Part shown: piece by piece, positions 25,033-37,429 of the stretch
How the letters are laid out: the number at the start of each line of letters is the position of its first letter
How positions within the stretch are numbered: position 1 is the stretch's first letter
Origin: Squalus acanthias
Taxonomy: Eukaryota
NCBI GenBank assembly: GCA_030390025.1
Contig: JASTWF010000048.1
Coordinates: 1,798,001-1,862,000, forward strand
Direction of reading: 5' to 3'
DNA length: 64,000 bases
The notes under the pieces: model-generated
Database searches by the model: none
What the model saw: the letters and a program-made list of their open reading frames with translations, nothing else
Told to the model about the DNA's origin: nothing
Made by a program: the position numbers and the translations under genes

Positions 25033-25242
25033 ATGGAGGATCTTCATTATGTATCACAACAGTGTATGATGGGCTTTACACTGTATCTAACCTATGCTGC
25101 CGCAACACAACTACCCACCCCACCTCTGCACCTCTCGGGCTGAACACCGCAATCAGCAATACAGCGACTGGTGCGGTCCTCAGGCTCGTTCTCTGCTGCA
25201 CCGCGTTTTTGTTTCACCGCCCCGCCACCTTGTGTCACTGTG

Positions 25243-25670
25243 GAGTCGCCAGGCGCAGTGATACACCCCCGAGTGGTTCGCTCGCAGGCTGGCCGTTTGC
25301 AGGTGGAAGGTGGAGCCGTCGGGTCGAGAGGCGGTGAAGCCGTCCAGCTCTCCCGCCGTGTCGATGCGCACGGTATTTCGAGAGTTGAAGAGTAACAACA
25401 GCTCTCCGTCTGGGAGCTGGCGGTACCAGGAAAACACTGTACCGACGGAGCCCTCTGCATAACAGCGGATCTGCAATGGGGATTGCAGGGATTTGGAGAT
25501 TACAGGCGGAATTTGCTGAACATTACCGCTAGCTACAGCTGCGAATAGGAGAAAAATTGGATTAAACTACAGGAGGCGCTCACATTCGGAACCCGACTAA
25601 GCATTGGCATTGCAGAGGCTGACTTACTGTGCAGCAGCAGCGCAGACACCAGACACCAGATTACATGCAT
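25243..25670 (-). CDS. TRBV: V7: TRBV30-like segment (leader 25628-25670, V exon 25243-25538)
   Basis: Leader MHVIWCLVSALLLH, 89-nt intron; V ..SPLQIRCYAEG..WYRQ..FTASRPDGSTFHL..SGVYHCAWRL. RSS CACAGTG (25236-25242)-23-ACAAAAACG (25204-25212). Confidence 0.9.
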
Positions 25671-26389
25671 TGTGCTTAATAGTTTGCACAAGAGAAATGA
25701 ACTAGATTTTGTAACAAGAATCTGCTCTCCCGGCAGCTGCGTCGCAGTTTTTTCGAAATGCAGTTCTGTTTGATTGACAGCTGCAGCCCGCTCACTACAA
25801 GCCCCTGCTCCTTGCAGTCTGATAGACAACTGATGATCCATCGCCTCCACCTCGACCCTCCCGGTTTCTCTTCTCTAACGAGGTCGCTCAACCCTGGTAA
25901 CATTCTGATAAATCGCCCCTTCACCTCATCTGCTCAAAGGAGAACAATACCAGCTTCTCTGATCTCGCGACACAACTGATATCCCTCGATCCTGGTAACA
26001 TTCCGCAACATCTCTTCGGAACCCTCTTTGAGGCCTTGACATCCTTTCTAAACTGTGTTTGGATACAACACTTCATCTGGGTTTGGGGGAAATTGTTTCT
26101 CAATGCTTAATCATTAAAACAAATCGAACGTTGTTATCAGAACGTTGTTGCTCAATTAAATTCTTGCACAGCACCAGAAATAAAGCAGCAAGTTGGAGAA
26201 TGTTGTAAAGCATTGTGGCTGTGAGATGCACTCTGGTGGGTGCTGTTTTTTGAAACAAAGTATCACAAGGTATTTACAGCACAGAAGCAGGACATTCGGC
26301 TCAACCGGTCCATGCCGGTGTTTATGCTGCACACGCGCCTCCTCCCAACCCCCTTCACCTGACCACATCAACATACCGTTCTATTCATA

Positions 26390-28345
26390 AGAACATAAGA
26401 AATAGGAGCAGGAGTAGGCCATTTGGCCCTTCGAACCTACTCCGCCATTCAATAAGATCATGGCTGATCATCTACCTCATCTCCACTTTCCTGCACAATC
26501 CCCATATCCCTGGATTACTTTAATATTCAAAAATCTATCGATCTCTGTCTTCAATATACTCAACAACTGAGCCTCCACAGACCTCTGGGGTAGAGAATTC
26601 CAAAGATTCACCACCCTCAGCGTGATGAAATTTCTCCCCATCTCAGTTCTCAATGGCCGATCCCTTATTCTGAGACTGTGACCCCTGGTTCAAACTTCCC
26701 TGCCAGGGGAAACATCCTCCCTGCATTTAACCTGTCAAGCCCTGAAATAATTTTGTATGTTTAAAATCCTTCTCCTTGTGCTTATCTTGCTTCCCCTTGA
26801 AAGTGTCTACGCTATTCACCTCGATTACTCCCTGTGGCAGCGAACTCCACATTCTAATCAATCTATAGGTAAATAAGATTCTCCTGAATTTCCTATTGGA
26901 TCTATTAGCGACTATCTTATATTTATGGGCCCTAGTGCTGGTCTCCCCAGCAAGTGGAAACATCTTCTCTATCTCTACCCCATCAAACCCTTTCATAATA
27001 TAAACAATCTCTATCATTTAACCCCTCAGTCTTCTCGCTTCTAGAGAAAAGTGACCCAGCATGTCCAATCTTTCCTGATAGGTATAAGCTCTCAGTTCTG
27101 ATATCATTCTAATAAATATATTTTGCACCTGCTCCAGTGTCTCTACAACCTTTATATAACACAGAGACCAGAACTGTTCACAGTATTCCAAGTGTGGTCT
27201 AACCAAGGGTCTATACAATTTTCACATAACTTCTCTGCTTTTAAATGATATCCCTGTAGAAATGAACCCCAGTGTTTTGTTTGCTTTTTTATGAGATTAT
27301 TAACCTGTGTCGCTACTTTTAGTGATCTGTGTATCTGTGCGACCAGATCGCTCTGTTCCTCAACCTTATTTAGAAACTTATTTTCTCAGGAGTGTGTGGC
27401 TTCCTTATTCTTCCTACCAAAATTTATTACCTCGAACCTCTCTATATTGAAGTTCATTTGCCAATTACAAGCCCATTCTGCCAGTGTATTAATGTCTTCC
27501 TGTATTTGTTGCAGTCCTCCGCTGTATTAACTACATCCCCCAATTGGTGTCATTCGCAAGTTTTAAAATTGGACTTCCGATTCCCGAGTCCAAATCGTTT
27601 ATGTTAATGGTGAACAACTGTGGACACAGCACCGAGCATTGTGGAACACCACTTCTCGCCATTTGCCAATCTGAATAACTACCTTTAACCCCAACTCTCT
27701 GTTCCTGTTTGTAGCAAGCTTGCTCTCCATTCTGCTACTTGTCTCCTGACTCCAAATGTTCTGACCTTAGTCATGAGTCTAATATGAGGTTCTTAATCGA
27801 ATGCTGTTTGGAAATCCAAATAGATTACTTTTACATCATTACCCATATCTACCCTTTCAGTTACTTCTTCAAAGAATTCAATAAGGTTGGTCAAGCATGA
27901 CCTTCCCTTTTGTAATCTTCTTTATCATAGACTCTTAGATGCTCTTTATTATATTTTCAGCTTCTAGATTTTTTTTATTCCATCTTTGAGCAAGGATTCC
28001 ATTTGCTTACCTATCACCGACGTTAAGCTAATTGAGCTATAGCTTCCTGGACTTGTTCTATCTCCCTTTCTAAATATAACAATTACATTGGCAGCCCGAC
28101 AGTCCTCTGGCACTATCCCCTATTATAATGATTTTTTATATATATTTATGTAATAGTAGCTCTGCTATCTCTTACCTAAATTCTTTATGTTTGCGCAGAT
28201 GCAATCCATCCGGGCCAGGGGGTTTATCCTCTCTAGGTTCGAATAGTTTGTCAATTATCTCCCCTCGTTCTATCTCAAATGTCTTTATATCCTTTTTGAT
28301 ATCTGCTTCTAATGTCATGAGCACCAAGTTAGTTTCCCTGGTAAT
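26390..28345 (-). mobile_element. Stacked CR1 LINE fragments
   Basis: LVRPHLEYCEQFWS, RRLRG and WSSLPQ motifs; CR1 3' end at ~26390. Confidence 0.75.
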
Positions 28346-28518
28346 TACGGACCAGATCAGGTTCAGTCTTAAATTCAGGTCAGTTTCATTAGCATAGCGT
28401 CAGAGCCGGAAGTCGCATCAAACAGTTGCAAGCGCCTCTACATTAACTCAACACAATTCACAGCTAAAGAAAATACTGGGCCGGAGAATTTAGCATCTGA
28501 TTTCGATGGTGCTTCAAT

Positions 28519-28670
28519 NNNNNNNNNNNNNNNNNNNNNNNNNNNNNNNNNNNNNNNNNNNNNNNNNNNNNNNNNNNNNNNNNNNNNNNNNNNNNNNNNN
28601 NNNNNNNNNNNNNNNNNNNNNNNNNNNNNNNNNNNNNNNNNNNNNNNNNNNNNNNNNNNNNNNNNNNNNN
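28519..28670. other. Assembly gap (152 N)
   Basis: N run. Confidence 1.
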
Positions 28671-29077
28671 TTTTCTCTCTTTCTTTCCTGCTTCCTCTGC
28701 TTCTCTCTCTCTCTCATTTTTTCTCTTTTTCTTTCTTTCTCTCTCTCATTTATTTCTTTCATTGTCGGGAAATGGAAAGGATACAGAACCAGCGGATTGG
28801 ACCATTAAGGGGAACTTTAGTTCAGCGGCGGCATTGCTCATTCGGTGCCAAATCATAGAGTGGCGTTGGATTCAATGGAGTTACAGCTCCATTTAGTGGC
28901 TACATCGTGCAACTACAAGCACCTGGGACTTGGGTTTTTTCCCAGTGTAACCGGTAACGTAAGTTTTCTCAAGTCAAATCTTGAAATAGATCCGCCTTCC
29001 AACTTCCTCCACTGCTTCAGATACTGATGTGAGAAGTTGCACAACACCAGGTTATAGTCCAACAGCTTTATTTGAAA

Positions 29078-29114
29078 TCACAAGCTTTCGGAGCGCTGCT
29101 CCTTCGTCACGTGA
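29078..29114 (-). ncRNA. Hammerhead ribozyme copy with a core mutation (CUGA to GUGA), probably inactive
   Basis: TCAC-GTGACGA-A-GGAGC(AGC)GCTCC-GAAA-GC-TT-GTGA. Confidence 0.7.
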
Positions 29115-29574
29115 AGTCAGATACTGACATTTGTTTTATGGAATTACATAGAATATGCCGTTTGGCTCAACGGGTCTGTGCAGGTGTTTATGCTCCACAC
29201 GACCCTGCTCCCACACCTCTTCAACTCACCCTTTCAGCATATACTTATGTTCCTTTCTCCCTCGTATGTTTAACAAGATTCCCCTTAAGTGCATCTCTGC
29301 TATTTGCCTCAACCTTTCCCCGTGGTAGCGAGTTCCACACACTCTGTGTAAAGAAGTATCTCCTGAATTCCTTTTTGGATTTATCAGTGACTATCATCTT
29401 GCTCCTTGATTTTGTCTCCCACACAAAGGGAAAGATCTTCTCATCGTCTACCCTATCAAATATTTCATAATTGTAAAGACATCTATTAATTCATCCTTCA
29501 GTCTTCTCTCTTCTAGAGAAAAGAACCCCAACCTGTTCAGATTTTGCTGGCAGATATAACCACAACGTACACTT

Positions 29575-29975
29575 AAAGTGAGGTCTAACCAAGGCATATG
29601 GAGACCAGAACTGTGTACAGTGCTCCAAGTGTGGTCTAACCAGGGTATATGGAGACCGGATTTGTGCACCGTGCTCCATAAGTGGTTTAACCAAGGTATA
29701 TGGAGACCAGAACTGTGCACAGTACTCCAAGTGTGGTCTAACCAAGGTATATGGAGACCAGAACTGTGCACAGTGCTCCAAGTGTGGTCCAACCAAGGTA
29801 TATGGAAAGCTGAACTGTGCACAGTGCTCTGAGTGTGGTGTAACCAAGGTTTATGGAGACCAGAACTGTGCACAGTTCTCCAAGTGTGGTCTAACCAAGG
29901 TATGTGGAGACCAGAACTGTGCACAGTGCTCAAAGTGTGGTCTAACCATGCTGTATGGAGTCCATAACTGTGCAC
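29575..29975. repeat. 51-bp minisatellite derived from a CR1 ORF2 motif
   Basis: Minus frame repeats TLVRPHLEHCAQFWSPY about 8 times. Confidence 0.9.
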
Positions 29976-30026
29976 GGGGCGCTGTTCCCTGTAAATTTAC
30001 AGGAGTTTGAGAGCATGTTGTATAAG

Positions 30027-30240
30027 GTTATTTGTCTCAGCGGCGCCTGACTCTGAACCGCTATATCTGCACAGAAATACAACACCATATCCGTGCGTTT
30101 AACGCTTTCGATCATCAGGGAAGATTTCTTATTTTCCCTAGTCCTCTTAGTAGCAAATCGGCTCATAAAACACTGAAGATACTGAGCTTCACTTCATCAA
30201 TGAATGGATCTGATTAACACGATTAGCCGGCAGGCTTCCC
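30027..30240 (-). pseudogene. V8: 5'-truncated TRBV relic with decayed RSS
   Basis: LIVLIRSIH**SEAQY..FMSRF..SSLMIESVKRTDMVLYFCA. Decayed RSS TATAGCG (30059-30065)-23-ACAAATAAC (30027-30035). Confidence 0.75.
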
Positions 30241-30539
30241 ATAGTTCTAAGAGACCTTTCTTTCTTTCCTTCTGTCTTTCCTTCTTTCTTTACTTTTTCC
30301 TTGTGTCATTCTTTCCTTCTTTCGTTGTTTCTTTCTTTCTGTCACTCATTTCCTCGCACCTTATCTTATTTCCTGTCATTCTGCTCTTGTTAAACGTGCA
30401 AGAATCGTGTGTAACCAGGTGGAAATAGCCGGTGAATCGTACAGACATTAGCCATTGTCACGGCTCTTGTTATTCAGTGAGTTCTGTTGTTCGCTCTGCT
30501 GGTTTTTGTACTGGCACTCGCGCACTCTGCAGCGCTGTG

Positions 30540-30988
30540 CTCACTGGCTGCACAGTAATACACGGCTGTATCCGCCGCCTTCACCTTGAAGATCTTCAGG
30601 GTGCACTTTTTCTTCTCGGGCCTTACAATCTCGAACACCTTCTCAAAGTTTTCTTCAAAAGTGGCTGGAGTTCCAGTAATAGAATAGCCTATAAGGTTGA
30701 GGTTCTGACCGGCGTACTGCCGATACCACAGCATGACATTCTTGCTGCTGTCGTTCTGGTAACAGTTTAATTCTGCTGGTTCACCTTTATTCATTGTTAC
30801 TGTACTTGGCCATTGGTGTATCACCTCTGCTAATGTTTTACCTTAAAAATAAGGAGAACGTTTACATAGTTCAGTGTATCATGTAACATAGGATCGATCG
30901 ATAGATAGTTAGATAGATAGATAGAGAGAGAGAGAGAAAGAGAGTGAGATAGAGAAAAAGAGAGTGAAATAGAGAAAGAGACAAAGAG

Positions 30989-31051
<63 letters not shown>

Positions 31052-31403
31052 TAGATAGATAGAAAGGCTTAAGACGGACAAGCTGACCTCGAATTAATTC
31101 AAATTAACCATTAAATGGCAATACTATATTAGAGTTACGAAAATATAGGTAATAAAACTATTAAGTCAAAAAATTCATTTTGCCAAAATTATTCACAATC
31201 ATATTCCGTACAATTATCAAGTTAAAATACACAGTTTAAGCCACAGTTAATAAGTTTTGCTGTGGCATGAGTATACCATTGTTAGAAAGAGTTACTAGTG
31301 AATGAAAATAAAAATAACATTTTAACGCCAGTGTCGTTATAAACGAAGAATACGTACATGGAAACAGCGGCCAGAGGATAATGAAGAGAATGTCTAACTG
31401 CAT
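30540..31403 (-). CDS. TRBV: V9: TRBV segment (TRBV20/29-like), apparently functional (leader 31358-31403, V exon 30540-30841)
   Basis: Leader MQLDILFIILWPLFP; V ..HQWP..ELNCYQND..MLWYRQ..FEIVRPEKKKCTLKI..DTAVYYCAASE. RSS CACAGCG (30533-30539)-23-ACAAAAACC (30501-30509). Confidence 0.92.
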
Positions 31404-31470
31404 CCTACAGGCTGGGGGCTGAATCTGCGACTGGACAAATTGCAGACAGCAGAAGTTAAAACTGACAGCC

Positions 31471-31520
31471 GGAAATGACATCACGCAAAGTTATGTTCCC
31501 TTTCGACTCGTCACTTCCTG
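31471..31520. promoter_or_regulatory. ETS-CRE elements, V9 promoter
   Basis: GGAAATGACATCA (31471-31483) and CGTCACTTCCTG (31509-31520). Confidence 0.65.
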
Positions 31521-32980
31521 AATGACATAATATTCAGACGACCTGGTCGAAAGCGAATGAGACAGCAGCGATTTCCGGTCCTTGCGGGTGATATTGTATG
31601 TGTCTGACTGGTGTTGCATTGGGCGAGTTGGGCAACTGTCTCAGTTGGCTAGACGATTGGTTCGATTTAAGGTCGAGGTCGAGCGGTCTGTTTGCTATGC
31701 AGCGCTTCTAGTTCTTTATAGGATGCAGGACGAGAGGGCGAGTAAATGCGATGCGAACTATTTTTTGACGTGGACGGTGAATTAAACGGGGCGGCTCCTT
31801 GGAACGACTAGTTTCCCTGGTGTAATCTCTATGCCTCAATGGAAGTGGTTTGGTCCAGTGGGACTTCCACTGTGGGGTTCCCCGAGCTTTAGAAATCAGT
31901 GTCTAAGCTTTAAGATCCCAACATGGCAGCAGATCCCATGGAAACACCATCACTCCAAGTCCCCCTCCAGGTCAAGCATACACCGTCCCAATTTGGACAT
32001 AAATCGGCCGTTCCTTCAGCGACGCTTGGTCAACATCATGGAACCCCCTTCCGAACAACGCCGTTGGGGCACTTTCATCACACGGGACAGCAGCAGTTCA
32101 AGAGAAGACCCACCACCACCTTCTCAAGGGGCAACTAGGGATGGGTATCAATCCCGGTCTTGCCAGCGACGTCCACATCCCGAGAATGATTACAAAGAAA
32201 ATAATCTTTATTTATCTCACACTTTCTCATATTTTTTGATACTAGCGCTGTTTTGTACTTTAGCCCTTGCACCTTCACCTAACTTCGGCATAAAACGTTG
32301 GGTGTTGAAGTTTGATAAAAAGGGTTTGATAGGGTAGATGGAGAGAAATTATTTCTTCCGCTGGGAAAGTCTACAAAAATGGAAAATAAACTTAGAGCTC
32401 GGCTGTCCAGGGATGATGTCAGGAAGCAGTTATACAAACAAAGTTAAGTGGAAATCTGAAACGGTCTCCCCCAAACAGCTGTTGAGACTGGGGGTCAATT
32501 GAAAATGTCAAAACCGAAATGAATAGATTTTTGTTAGGCAAAGGTATTAAGGGTTTTGAAAACAAGGCGAGGAGATGCAGTTAGGATACAGATCAGCTGT
32601 GATCGAATTAAATAGCGGAACAGGCTCGAGGGGCCAACTGGTCTACTCTTGTTCCAATATTGCTATGAGTCTGCAAGTTTCAATGTTGGCTTCCTCTTGT
32701 TAGACCAGAGCTCCCCCTAACGGTGCCTGATAGAAAATGATTGAATTGAAATGACAGCCGCGTTGGTAAAGGCAAACTCGTATCCCCCAAGTATAATGAT
32801 ATCCTATCGTCTGTTTTCAGGAAGGAATTAACTGGTTCAACACAAATGAACATTATAAGAGCGGATAGAGCAATGTCGTGCGCGTCAGTCGTGCGAGGGT
32901 AGGTCTGGGGGTCCCGGCATCTTTCTGTTCGGTGTTACAGTGAGTTTTGAACCGGCTCTGCGCTTGTTTGAATCGCTGTG

Positions 32981-33901
32981 CTGTGCTAGTAGCGCAGTAA
33001 TAGGCCGCCGTGTCAGTCGGCTCAGCGCTCAGTATTTTCAGGCTGCAGGACTTAGGATCAGGTCTCTTTACTTCAAACCTTTCCTTGAATCCATCCTCGT
33101 GTGTTGGCTCGCTGCCGGATACCGAGGTCGCTACGAGCTGCAACCCTGCCCCGCTGTACTGCCGGTACCAGTACATCTTTGCATTGCTGGTATCGTTCTG
33201 GTAACAGTGCATTTCCACCTCTTGACCCTTTCCAACGGACAACCATCTCCCCCACTGGTGGACGATGGAACTTCTAGATGGCGCTGAAGAACAAAAATGA
33301 ATGCGGATAGAAAAGAAGGGCCAAGTTTAAATCAGAAATGTGGGACAATTGTTTCCTTAAATCCGAGAAAAGCTCCCTTAACAATGGGTGCTGGATTTAA
33401 TCCATGGCCCGGTTTGGCACCGATCCATTCAGATCAGGAAAACTCCAGGATCAACTTCGGCCTGCCCTGGGCAAATATGTATCCCTCAACCACTATCACT
33501 AAACAAAACCAGATGATCTGGTCATTATCACATTGCTGTTTGTGTGAGCTTGCTGTGCGCAAGTTGGCTCGCCGCGTTTCCTACATTATAACAGTGACAA
33601 CACTTTAAAAGTTGTAAAGCACTTTGGAACATCCTGAGTTCGTGAAGGGCACTATAGAATTGCAAGTTACTTCTTTCCTTTATTTCGATCTGTCCTGAGT
33701 TAGAGGTGGGACTGGGGCGAGATGCTCCCTGTTCTTATTAGAATCCGGACTGCTATCAAACTACAGCAGAGTAACCGCGTGAGGAACGACTACAATTTGA
33801 TATATCACAAGTAAGTTGACAACTGAAAGTACTCCGCCACAGAGAATATACTAACTTAAGAGAAGCAGGAACTGGGATCACACCAAAGCGGTAAAAGTCA
33901 T
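32981..33901 (-). pseudogene. TRBV: V10: TRBV segment, intact V exon (32981-33283) but in-frame TGA in leader (33856-33901)
   Basis: Leader MTFTALV*SQFLLLL; V ..EMHCYQNDTSNAKMYWYRQ..DTAAYYCATST. RSS CACAGCG (32974-32980)-23-TCAAAACTC (32942-32950). Confidence 0.8.
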
Positions 33902-34000
33902 GCTGTCAGGCGTTCAGCAGATGATCTGTTCTCGTATTTACTCTCCTGGCATCTACCCCAAGTTGCTACTTCCGCTTCCGTTTCTTTTGTCTGGCAATCA

Positions 34001-34013
34001 GGAAGTGACATCA
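34001..34013. promoter_or_regulatory. ETS plus CRE-like Vbeta decamer, V10 promoter
   Basis: GGAAGTGACATCA, 100 bp upstream of the leader ATG. Confidence 0.7.
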
Positions 34014-35004
34014 CCACGCAGCGGAAGGCGCTATCTTTGTCCTTGTATGTTTTTTGCGGCTTGGTGCGGTAACGCGAGACAACAGAAGGTACATAAGATT
34101 TAATTAATTTCCTCTCAGCCTCGGTACACTTTATACATCTATGAATTAGTTCATTTCCTACATTTCCACCCGACGATTGTGTTGAAGAAATAAAACTGTA
34201 AAAGTACAATTAAGATAAAATTGATATTATTATAATTATATTAATGTATATACCAAAGATGGGGCCTGACATGTTGAGTGTTTTGTTTTTACAACAACGA
34301 TTTGCTACTGTGCAAAGAATTACATAGTATTTGTGAATGGGACACAAAATCAAGCCTTTCGGCACAGCAGGTCCATACCGGTGTGTATGCTCCACACGAG
34401 CCTCCTCATCTCACCCTATCAATATATCCTTCTATTCCTTTCTCCCTAAAGTGTTCATCTAGGTTTCCTGATAGCTATACCCTCTCAGTTATGCTATCAT
34501 TCCAGTAAATCTTTTATGTACATTCTCCAGTTCCTCAATGTCATTTTATAATATGGAGACCAGAGCTGTGCACTGTAACTGCTTCTCATAACGAGTTCCA
34601 CATTCTAAACACTCTCTGAGTAAAGTGGTTACTCCTGGATTCCCAGCTGGATTTATTAGCGACTATCTTATATTGATGGACCCTAGTTTCGGTCTCCCCA
34701 CAAGTGGAAAGTTCCTTTCTACGTCTACCCTCTCAAAACCTTTCATAATCTTAAAGAACTCTGTCAGGTCACCCCTCAGCCTTCTCTTTTCTTGAGAAAA
34801 GAGACCCAGCCAGTTCAGTCTATCCTGATTGTTAAAACTCTCTCGGTTTCTGAAGTCATCCTTGAAATCTTTTCCTAGCACCTTCTCCAGTGCTTCTATA
34901 TCACTTTTTATAATATGTAGACCAGATGTGTGCACAGTCAACCGAACAATGGCTGTCTTTTGTCCTGGGTTATCACAGCAGGAATGGACTTCAGCCTTTA
35001 TATC

Positions 35005-35390
35005 AGGGATCTAACTGCCCGCTGACTGGTGTCTCATCCTCCCCTCTCCGTCAGGGAGGTATCTGTATATTGACTGGTGTCTCTCAGTCCCTCACTCTCA
35101 GTGAGATATCTCTACATTGACTGGTGTATCTCAGTCCCTCTCTCTCAGGGAGAAATCTGTCCGCTGACTGGTGTCTCTTCCTCCCCTCTCCGTAAGGGAG
35201 ATATCTGTACACTGACTGGTGTCTCTCAGTCGCTCTCCCTCAGGGAGACATCTGTACACTGACTGGTGTCTCTTCCTCCCCTCTCTCTCCGGGAGATATA
35301 TGTACACAGACTGGTGACTCTCAGTCCCTCTCTCTCCGGGAGATATCTGTACACTGACTGGTGTTTCTCAGTCCCTCTCCTCAGGGACAT
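35005..35390. repeat. ~47-48-bp minisatellite (~8 copies)
   Basis: TGACTGGTG recurs at 35023, 35071, 35118, 35165, 35213 and 35260. Confidence 0.9.
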
Positions 35391-35503
35391 TATTCTGACG
35401 AACAACCTGCTTCATTGCCGTGATTGCCTCATCCTGTTTTCCACGTTTGCACGGCATGAAGAAAAGAAAGAGTGAAAGAAATAAAGAGTGAAAGAAAGAA
35501 GGA

Positions 35504-35542
<39 letters not shown>

Positions 35543-35549
35543 TGAAAGA

Positions 35550-37020
35550 AAGAACTAGCATTTCTTTAGCGCCTTCCACTTCCCCATGACGTCTCAAAGC
35601 AAATTATATAGTTTTGAAGTGTAGTCGTTATTGTAATGTAAGAAATGCGGCAGCCAATGTATGCACAGCAAGCTCCCAATAACGGAAGTGAAATAAGTGA
35701 ATACAAATGCTGTATTGGTGATGATGGTTGAGGGATAAACATTGGCCAGAACTCGTCTGCTCTTCTTTAAAATAGTGCCAGGGAATATTTTACGTTCACA
35801 GGCGGGGACTGCATCTCAGACACTGCAGAGATCCCTCAGTACTGCAATTCCGACACTGCAGAGCTCCCTCAGTACTGCCCATCCGACTGTGCAGCACACC
35901 CTCAGTACTGCCCCTCCAACAGTGCAGCGCTCCCTCAGTACTGCCACTCCGACAGTGCAGCGCTCTCTCAGTACTGCCCCTCCGACAGTGCAGCACTCCC
36001 TCAGTACTGCCCCTCCGACTGTGTAGCGCTCCTTAAGTACTGCCCCTCCGACAGTGCAGCACTCCCTCAGTACTGACCCTCCGACAGTGCAGCACACCCT
36101 CAGTACTGCGCCTCCGACAGTGCAGCACTCCCTCAGTACTGCCCCTCCGACAGTGTAGCGCTCCCTCAATACTGCCCCTCCGACAGTGCAACACTCCCTC
36201 AATACTTCCCCTCCGACAGCGCAGCACTCCCTCAGTACAGCCCTCCCGAGAGTGCAACGCTCCTGTATCTCCCAGAGTACTGCTCATCTTCAGTACTGCC
36301 CCTCCGTCAATGCAGCGCTCCCTCAGTACAGCACCTCCGACAGTGCAGCAGTCCCTCAGTACTGCCCCTCCGACGGTGCAGCAATCCCTCAGTACTGCCC
36401 CCTCCGACAGTGCAGCACTCCCTTAGGACTGCCCCTCTGGCAGTGCACCACTTCCTCAGTACTGCCCCACCGATACTGCAGCGCTGCCGCAGAACTGCCC
36501 CTCAGATAATGCAGCACTCCCTCAGTACTGCTCCTCCGACAGTGCAGCGCTCCCTCAGTACAGCCACTCCGACAGTGCAGCACTCCCTCAGTACTGACCC
36601 ATCCACAGTGCATTCAGTCCCTCAGTACAGCCCTCCCGAGAGTGCAACGCTCCCTGTATCTCCCAGAGTACAGCTCATCTTCAGTACTGCCCCCTCCGAC
36701 AGTGCAGCGCTTCAACACTGCCCCTTCCGTCAATGCAGCGCTCACTCAGTACTGCCGCTCCGTCAATGCAGCGCTTCCTCAGTGCAGCCCCTCCGACAGT
36801 GCAGCAGTCGCTCAGTACTGCCTCTCCGACGGTGCAACAGTCCCTCAGTACTGCCCCTCCAGCAATGCCGCGCTCCTTCAATACAGCTCTTCCGACAGTG
36901 CAACCTTCTCTCAGTATTGGCAACTGGGAAGTGTCAGCTGGATGTTGGCGCTCACTTGACTGAAGTGGGACTTGAACCCACGATCCATTGACTCAGTGGC
37001 CGAGCATGTTATTCTGATTG
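35550..37020 (-). mobile_element. Deu-type SINE with expanded 33-bp minisatellite (~35820-36920)
   Basis: Reverse-complement of the same head, array and tail. Confidence 0.8.
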
Positions 37021-37429
37021 GTGACTGCAGCTCAGCAAAGAAAACGCATATCCCAACATGCATTCTTTGACATTTATATAACCTTTGCTCGTATGCCTAA
37101 GAAGATATCGGTCCACCAATCTGTAAATGAGAACAGATGCACTGTTTATTGTTTCTTGTCCAACTATTGGTACGTTCACTAGGAATTCAGGACGAAAATT
37201 GAAGGATGGAAGAAAAGGTCCTTTTTTTCTGCAAATCTTATCTCGTCCAGTCATGTCGCCAAACGTTTCGTCACGTGACCTGAAGTTTACATATTCCACG
37301 GCCAATATTGGAAATCGAGCAGGAGAGACCTCCCTGGTCTCCTGGCCAATATTTATCTATCAACCAACATCACCGAATAAACAGATAACCTGGTCATTCA
37401 TCGCATTGCTGTTTGTTGGATCTTGCTGT

